Shown: positions 15,014 through 22,700 of the stretch, piece after piece
How positions within the stretch are numbered: position 1 is the first letter of the stretch
Layout: every line of letters begins with the position of its first letter
Origin: Actinocatenispora thailandica
Lineage (GTDB): Bacteria; Actinomycetota; Actinomycetes; Mycobacteriales; Micromonosporaceae
Direction of reading: 5' to 3'
NCBI RefSeq assembly: GCF_016865425.1
Contig: NZ_AP023355.1
Location: 842,198-866,197 of the forward strand
Length of the DNA stretch: 24,000 bases
Made by a program: the position numbers and the translations under genes
The notes under the pieces: generated by a model
Told to the model about the DNA's origin: nothing
What the model saw: only the letters and a program-made list of their open reading frames with translations
Database searches by the model: none

Positions 15014-16167
15014 TGGGCGAGGGCACGTTCGTCCAGATGGACGGCGACGCAACCAACTCCGCCGGCGCCCGGTACGCGCTGGCCGGTGACCGGTTGACCG
15101 CCAGAGGGTCGGCGGTGCGGTCCGGGATCGAGTCGGCCGAGGGACCGGCGCCCTGGGGCGACGACAAGTTCGGTAAGGCCTTCCTGGAAAAGTACGGCAA
15201 CCCGCAGGACGGCGACGAGACGCTGACCTTCATGACCGACGGTGGCGACCAGGTCAGTACGGTCGGCAACGCGGTGCAGTGGGCGGCCGTCGACGGAATC
15301 GACGCGGACTCGCAGGCCAAGCAGGCGATCCACTCGCTCGAGACCGACAAGCCGAAGGTGGCGGGCTCGCGCAGCGGCAGCATCATGACCGCGACCCGGA
15401 CCCGCTCCGAGCGGACCGGCTCGTCCGGCAACGGCACCGGGTCCGGGTCCGGCGGAAGCCGAACCACCGGAGCGGTCGACGCGAGGTACGCGACCGCCGA
15501 GGCCACCGGCGGCGAGGGCACCGACAGCCGGCAGCCGGACCGCCGGCTGTCGCTCGCCAGTGTCGCCACCGGCGGCATGACGATGCTGCATGCGGTGGAC
15601 GAACCGACCCCGCACGAGGGCGACCGACGGATGGCGCACGAGGTCTTCCGTTCCGGCGTCGGCTGGGTCACCGACGGTGTGTTGCCGGAGGGCTCCGAGC
15701 GGCCCGGCGACGGTTCCGATCAGGTCGAGTTCCGGCGTGCCACCGCCGCGGAGTTCACGCCGGTGGACGGCGCGTCGGCGCGGGCCGGCGAGTTGCACGC
15801 GGTGTACCGGCAGGACGGCGCACCGACCGACGGGGCCGCGCCGATGCACCCCGCGGGCTCCCCGCAGCCGGGATCCGGCTGGTCGGCCGGCCATGGCTAC
15901 CCGGAGTTCCGCGCCGTGGACCAGACCGGCGGGGTGGTCGGGCAGGCGCAGGACGTCGTGTCCACCGACCAGCACGGCGGAGTGCAGGGCATGGAGCACG
16001 CCGAGTTCCGGGTGGACGGTGCCGGCCAGCCCGTCGACGGAGCCGAACGGTACGTGCAGGAGGTCTACCGGCAGGACGGCGGCTGGACCCCGACGGCGGC
16101 GGTCGCCGATCCCCAGGGAATGGTCCGGGCCGAGGGAACGGTGCTGCCGGGGGCAGAACAGGTCTAG
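15013..16167 (+). CDS. EspC/WXG-like N-terminal helical domain protein with Gly/Ser linker and repeated C-terminal motifs
   Basis: Track ORF 14440..16167. ATG 15013 overlaps the upstream stop (TGATG). The N-terminus has FVQMDGDATNSAGARYALAGDRL......PWGDDKFGKAFLEKY, the W-G-x-D..G..F...Y pattern of small T7S-associated proteins. The C-half carries two copies of EF..VDG......VYRQDG (identical 15-mer taccggcaggacggc at 15805 and 16066). Confidence 0.7.
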   Translation: MGEGTFVQMDGDATNSAGARYALAGDRLTARGSAVRSGIESAEGPAPWGDDKFGKAFLEKYGNPQDGDETLTFMTDGGDQVSTVGNAVQWAAVDGIDADSQAKQAIHSLETDKPKVAGSRSGSIMTATRTRSERTGSSGNGTGSGSGGSRTTGAVDARYATAEATGGEGTDSRQPDRRLSLASVATGGMTMLHAVDEPTPHEGDRRMAHEVFRSGVGWVTDGVLPEGSERPGDGSDQVEFRRATAAEFTPVDGASARAGELHAVYRQDGAPTDGAAPMHPAGSPQPGSGWSAGHGYPEFRAVDQTGGVVGQAQDVVSTDQHGGVQGMEHAEFRVDGAGQPVDGAERYVQEVYRQDGGWTPTAAVADPQGMVRAEGTVLPGAEQV

Positions 16168-16191
16168 CCCGCCCCAGGACGGAAACACAAC

Positions 16192-16222
16192 CTCGGGCGG
16201 CCGTTCTGGAGGGCCGCCCGAG
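16192..16222 (+). other. Perfect 11-bp GC-rich stem-loop between the EspC-like gene and the giant gene
   Basis: ctcgggcggcc (16192-16202), a 9-nt loop gttctggag, then ggccgcccgag (16212-16222). No U-tract follows it, and the giant gene's RBS GGAGAGGAGG (16239-16248) lies 17 nt downstream. It is more likely a processing, stability or attenuation element than a full terminator. Confidence 0.5.
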
Positions 16223-16254
16223 TCATCACATCTGCAGCGGAGAGGAGGTAGCCG

Positions 16255-16740
16255 GTGGGCGGCTCGTACGGCGCCAACGACTACCTCTTCGACCCCATCC
16301 TCGAATTCTTCCGCGAGGTCGAGGAGTGGGTGCCCGGTGTGCTCGGGGACGTCCTGCGGTGGTTGATCGAGATCCCCGCCGGCTCCGAGCACGGGCTGGC
16401 CGACGTCGGCGACTCCCGCACCAAGGCCGGCGACACCCTGATGAACGCGCTGCAGGACCAGTCGGTCCCGGCCGCGACGATCTACGAGAAGTACGTCGGC
16501 GACGGCGCGCCGGCCGCGTTCGCCGGCCGCGACGGGGATCTGCGCGACCAGTTGCAGTCGATCGCCCAGCAGCAGTACGACAAGGCCAAGATCGCCTACA
16601 ACACCTCCAGCAGCATGGAGATGTCGAAGTTCATGGCCGCCACCGACCTGTACATGTTGGGGCAGGCCATCTACGCGGCGATCATGACGGCGGTCTCGTT
16701 GCCGCCGTTCGGCGGGCTGCTCAGCATCGGCGAGGTCGGC
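16255..16740 (+). other. N-terminal WXG100-like/T7S-targeting-type helical domain of the giant protein
   Basis: YEKYVGDGAPAAFAGRDGDLRDQLQSIAQQQYDKAK (Y-x-G-x-x-A-x-A-F at 16492-16521) occupies the position of the WxG turn between two predicted helices. A hydrophobic helix-like stretch follows (LYMLGQAIYAAIMTAVSLPPFGGLL). The assignment rests on this pattern only. Confidence 0.45.
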
Positions 16741-19700
16741 GGTGCGATGGCGGCCGCCGAGGCGGGGATCAAGAAGGCGCTCGCCGAGTTCCTGGAGAAG
16801 ATCCTCGGTGAGGACGCCGTCAAGAAGATCAGCGAGCAGGGGCTGAAGAAGGCGGTCACCAATCCCAGCGTGCTGGGCCACCTGGCGACCGCGCCGATCA
16901 AGGTGATTCCGACGCTCGGCAAGGAGGCCGTCGAACACGCCCCGGACCTGTACAAGTTCGGCAAGAACGCGGTCAAGGACCTCGGCCCGAAGATCAAGTC
17001 CTCGGTGCCGAAGATCGTCGACCACATGCCGAGCAAGGGCGACATCGGCCACTACATCGCCAACGGGGCAAGGAAGAGCGGCGACGCGTTGAAGTACGCG
17101 GCCCGGCACCCGATCGAGACGGTGGGGCGTGGCGCCCGGGCCGGCGGCCGGGAGGTCTGGGACGGCGTCAAGGCGACCGGGCGTGGCCTGGGACGCGGGG
17201 CGAAGACGGCCTGGGGAGGGGCGAAGAGCGCCGGCCGGTTCGCCTGGGACTCGCGCGGCGGCCTCAAACCGAGCAACCTGGCCGCCCGGCACGCGGCCAA
17301 CCACGCCGCCGAACGGTACGCGTCCCGGACCGCGGCGCGGGAGGCGCTGAACGCCGGAAAGGGCTTCAAGGAAGCGATGCGGGCCTCGGTCCGCGAGCAG
17401 GCGGAGAACGCGGCCGCCCGCAGCGCCGCGCGCACCGAGGCACGCAACGCCTTCCTCAAGGAGTACGGCGAGCGCGGCCTGGCCGGTAAGGCCGGCATGC
17501 TCGGGAAGGAGTTCGGCAAGGACGCGCTGATGAAGGGCAAGAACTTCGCCGCCTTCACGCTCAAGACCCAGGGCGTCGTCGACGCGTACCAGGTCGCGAC
17601 CGGACACATCAGCGTCGGCGATGGTCTGAAGAACCTGTGGAACCAGGAGAGCGGCGCGCTCGTCACCGGGGTGCTCGGCGCACCGCTGAGCTTCGGGCGG
17701 CAGGGGATGCTGCCCGAGATCTCCGGCATGGTCGGCGGCACCGTGGCGTTCGATGCGGCCAGCGCCTACAGCTTCAAGGACCACCAGTTCCACTGGGTCG
17801 ACGAGCAGGGGCACGAGAAGTCCGGCGGGTTCGGTGCCTTCTGGGGCCAGGAGAAGCACAACGCCGTGCACGCCGCCGCGTACGGCGCGATGGGCGGCGC
17901 CCAGCACATGCGGCTCAAGGCGGAGGAGTTCACCGCCCAGCAGGACCTCGCGACCGACCGACCGACGACGGCGTTCACTTCCCGTACCGGTAGCCCGGAC
18001 GTCCGGACGCCGGAGAGCCGGACCACCGCCCCGGAGGCCACCCGGACCAGCACCCAGGGCAGTGGCAGCCAGGTGCGCGGCGACGGCGGCGGGCCACGGA
18101 CCCGCTCGTCGACGCAGGAGTCGAACGGACCGTCCCAGCGGGAGCGCACGCGGTCCGGCGAGCCGTCGGAGTCGCGTGGCAGCGAGTCGGGCGACAACGG
18201 CTCGCGCGAGGCCCCGGAGCGGCGCACCGTGGTGCGTCCGAGGCAGCCCGAACCGGCAACCGGGCGGCAGGATCCGTCGCAGGGTTCGTCGGCCGAGAAC
18301 CCGACCCATCGGGTGGCGCAGCGCCCGGAGCAGGCGGCCGGCGACCCGCAGCACGCCGGCGGTGGTCCCGGCCGCGGTTCCGAGGCGCCCGACCAGCCCC
18401 GCCAGCACGAGCAGGGCACCAACCAGCCGCACGAGGCCGGGCAGGGCGACAGCCAGCGCGGCGACGACGGCCGGCCGCACGAGGGCCAGTCGGGCGACGA
18501 CGGTCGGCAGGGCGACAACCAGCAGGGCGATGGTCGGCAGGGGGACGGCCAGTCGGGTGACCACCGGCAGGGCGACGATCAGCGGCAGCCGGACGGCCAG
18601 CAGGGCGACGGCACGCGGCACGGCGACCAGCAGACGGAGCACCGCAGCTCGGAGGACCGGACACAGCGTCGGATCCGGCTCGGATCGGCCGACCCGGACG
18701 CGCACACCCAACACCGCACCCTGGGCGAGGACCTGGATCTGCTCGACCGCGGTCTGGCCAACCGGAAAGAGCTGGTCGACGTCGACATGGCGGAGGTCGT
18801 CCGGCACGCGGCGGCCGGCGAGGCGGCGCCGACGGTGCGGGTCGGTGGCCGGCTGCACGAGGTGCCGGAGCTGACCCGGCTGCGCGACACCCTGGTGGAA
18901 CACTTCACCGTCGAGGGGCCACACGGCGAGCGGGTCCCGATGGGCGACGACGCGGCGATCCGCGAGCACCTGCGGGAACTGCAGGATCAGGTGCGCGCCG
19001 AGCTGAACGAGGTCCGCACCGCCGACCCGGCCACGCACAGCACCGAACAGACCCGCGATGCCGCGGGCTTCCCCACCGAGTCCACCGACCGCCGTCCGAG
19101 CTACCAGAGCCACCCGACCGACGGCAACCGGTACAGCCGGAGTGATCTGGATGCGCAGCCGGACCCGTCCCGGGCGACGGATCGCGAGGCGGCCCGCGAC
19201 GAGTCCCAGAAGTTCGCCGACGACGTGCTCACCGAGCACACCCGTCGCTGGCTGCTCGACCCGTCGGGCGAGACCGTCGGCGCGCAACCGACCCGGGGGG
19301 CCACGCTGGTCGCCCCGGAGGGCGTGTTCCACAGCACCGGCTGGGAGGGCCGTACCGGCGAGGCGCCGGAGCCGGGGGTCGCGCCATCGGTGCACGACGT
19401 GGTCCAGGAACTCACCTACACCCCGCCGGCGGAGGTCGCCGAGGTACAGCGGCGCGGCGCCGAACTGCGCGACGCGACCGCCGAACTCGACCTGACCAAC
19501 AGCCGCTACGAGGCGGTGAACGAGGGCATCCGCGGCCTGGAGGACCGGATCGCCGCCAAGCACCAGGAGATCGCCGACCTGCGGGCGGAGAAGCAGCGCA
19601 CCATCGGCCGCGGCTACGACGGGCAGCGGATCCGGGCCGCCAACGAGGCCTACGATGCGCGGATCCGGCAGGCGGGCGAGGACCTGCGGGCGATGCAGGA

Positions 19701-22700
19701 CGAGCATCGGGTGCGGGCCCGGCAGGACCTCGCCCGGGCGGCCCGCGACCGCGCCATCGCCACCGTGCGGCACGAGAACGCCGAGCGGCAGTACGCGAGG
19801 GCGGAGAAGCGGGCCGACCGGCGCCACGCGCCCGACGGGTTGCTGCGGCACCTGCCGAGCAACGCCAGCCAGGCCGAGATCGCGGTCATGTCCGACTACG
19901 CGCGGCACGTCGAGCGGCAGATCGACCCGGCCACGGTCGTCGCGGACGAAGCCCGGTACGGGCAGGAGGACTTCCAGCGGCAGGCGCTCGGCGACGACTA
20001 CGCGGCGGTGCGCGCGGATGCCCAGCGGGACGCCGGTGGCGACCCGGCCGGGGTCCGCGAGCGGATGGCCGATGCCACCCGGGAGGCCCACCAGCGTCGG
20101 GTCCTCGGCGACGGCTACGACTCGCTGCGCGCCAAGGCCGAGCAGGGCGGTCGGGACGCGGCCACGGTCGAGGACCGGATGGCACGGCACACCCACGTGG
20201 CGGAGAAGCTGGCCGACGTGCGGGTGCACGCGTACGAGATCGGCGGCGACCGGCACGGCGAGATCTCCCATCCGGACCCGGTCACCGAGCGGAGCCTGGA
20301 ACGCGCCGGGATCGACCACGACCGGCTCGCCGACGTGCTGGACGGCGCACTGCTCGCCGATCCGGAACACCCGAACCGCATCGTGCTCGGGCGGGCCGGC
20401 AGCGAGCTGCGCGAGTTCGGCGAGCAGGTGCCGGACCACCCCGACCACCTGGTGATCGTCGCCGAGCGCGGCCCGAACGGCCTGCGTTTCGACGGTCGCG
20501 ACCTGTCCCATGCCGAGCTGGTCAAGGTGCTCCGAGACGTCGGACTGCCGCGGCCCGACCAGCGGATCGTGCTGGTCACCAGCGACGGCGGCAGCGTCGC
20601 CCGCGATCTTGCCCGGGAGTTCCGCACCGAGGTGTACGCGCTGCCGGAGCACGCCACGCTCGCCGGCGACGGCACGTTCGGCGTCGAGCGGCGGGCCGGC
20701 GGCGAGGAGGTGCCGGCCGGCGACGGCTGGCGACTTCACGAGCCGTACGGCACCAGCACCGAGGCGGACCTGCACCGCGAGTACCAGGACGCCCGCGCCG
20801 AGGCACACGAGCGCGGCTGGGAGGGGTACGAGCAGCGCGAGACCCGGCACGAGCCGAGCCAGCGCCCCGACCGCGACCAGCGACCGATCCGCCTCGCCGG
20901 GAACGGCCAGAGCGACCTGCACCGCGATCTGTCCGAGGAGGGCACCGGACGGCTGAAGACGCTGTCCAACGCCCGGATCATCGACCGGGTCGTGGGCGAT
21001 CTGGGCCTCGACCGGCACCGCCCGTTGCGGCTCGACGAGCAGCGCGTCGCCGAGATCCTGAAGACGGAGGTGGACGAGCGCGACGACCCGGCGCGGCGCC
21101 GGCTCCAGCAGATCGTGGAGCAGGAGTTCACGCATCTGGACGCGGACGGCAACCGGACGCCGAACAGCACCACCGAGATCCGTCAGCGCATCGCCGAACT
21201 GCGAGCCGAGGCACGCCAGGAGTACGCGGATGCGCGGGCCGCGGGCGACACCCGCGCCGGCACCCCGGAGTACGGCGACCGGTTGGAGCAGGTCGGCGGG
21301 TCCGGCGGCGAGGGGCACGGGTACACCCGGTCGGAGCCGCCGTCGAGGCACCGGGATCCGAACAGCCCGGCGGATCGTGCCGATGCCCGCGCCAGGGCGG
21401 TGAAGTTCGCCGACGACGTGCTCTACGCCGATCTGCGGGCGTTCGCGGAACACCCGGACGATCCGCCGGCGCGGCCGTCGATGGCGACGGTCATCATGAG
21501 CCCGGACGGCACGTTGCACTTCAGTACCTCCCGGACGGGTGTCGCGGGTGATGGCGTGCCGGCGGGGACACACCCGCTGATCGCCGCGGACTACCACCTC
21601 GTCGAGCACCAGCTCACCGGACACGGCAACGGTGAGGCAGAGTTCTGGGTCGGCGACGCCAACCACGGCGGGAGCCCGGTCTGGTTCAAGGAGTGGAGCC
21701 AGCGCAACCCGGAACTGGCGGAACTGGCCAAGCAGCACGACGCGGCTCTCGACCGCCGCCAGGGGGTGCTGGACAGCCTCAGGAAGCTCCCGGCCAGCGC
21801 GCCGGAGCAGGCCCGGACGCGGCTGACCGAACTGGCGACCCAGCGGGAGACCGAGGCCGGGCAGATCGACCGGGCCCTGCAGGAGAAGGCGGCCGAGCAG
21901 GGCAAGCAGCAGGAACTCGCCGACTACAAACGGTTCAAGAGCCTGTACGACGCGGAGCGCCCGGACGAGGCCGGTCGCCGGCAGGAGTGGTTGAACCGCC
22001 GGTTGGAGATCGCCGAGCGGTACACGCCTGGCCGGGGGCACGGCCGCTGCTCCGAGGTGTCCGGGCTGTCCGACCATGCCAAGCGGCTCGACCGCGAGTA
22101 CGACCAGTTGGGCCGGCGGGACGCGGCCCGGGTCGAGCACGCCAAGGAGTCGGTGCAGCGGCGCAACCTGGGCGAGCTGTACGACCGGCTGAAGGGGTCG
22201 GGTGCCACCGACCAGGAGCTGGCCCGGCACAGCTACGTCGCCGAACGGCTGCGCGAGATCTCGATCACCGCGCACCAGATCGGCGGCACCTTCCAGGTCG
22301 AGCACGGTGAGTACCGCGCGCCGTGCACGAGCTGTGAGCATGCGGAGCGGAATCTCGGCATCGTTCCGGATCACCTGCGGGAGATCGCCGACCGGGTGGC
22401 GCTGGGTGAGCCCAACAAGCTCGTGCTGGCCGAGCCGGGCACCGATCTCGCCCGGTACGCGGCCAACATTCCCCGGCACCCGGACGCGTTCGTCCTGGTG
22501 GCGCACGGCGAGCCGAACGCACTGACGTTCGACGGGTACCGGCTGAACCCGCGCGAGGTGCACGACCTGCTCGTCCAGGCGGGCTGGCGACCGGACCAGC
22601 GGATCGTCCTGCTCGGCTGCCGGGGCGGCGAGGTCCGCTACGACTGGCCGGGCAGCTTCGGCGCCGAGCTGCACAACGAGACCGGAGTGCCGGTCGTCGT

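Noticed and set aside
15279-16811. 510-aa + strand ORF bridging the EspC-like gene and the start of the giant gene
   Set aside because: It is the wrong frame, with an Arg/Gly/Pro-dominated product. It ignores the stop/RBS/start structure at 16165-16257 and the hairpin between the two genes.
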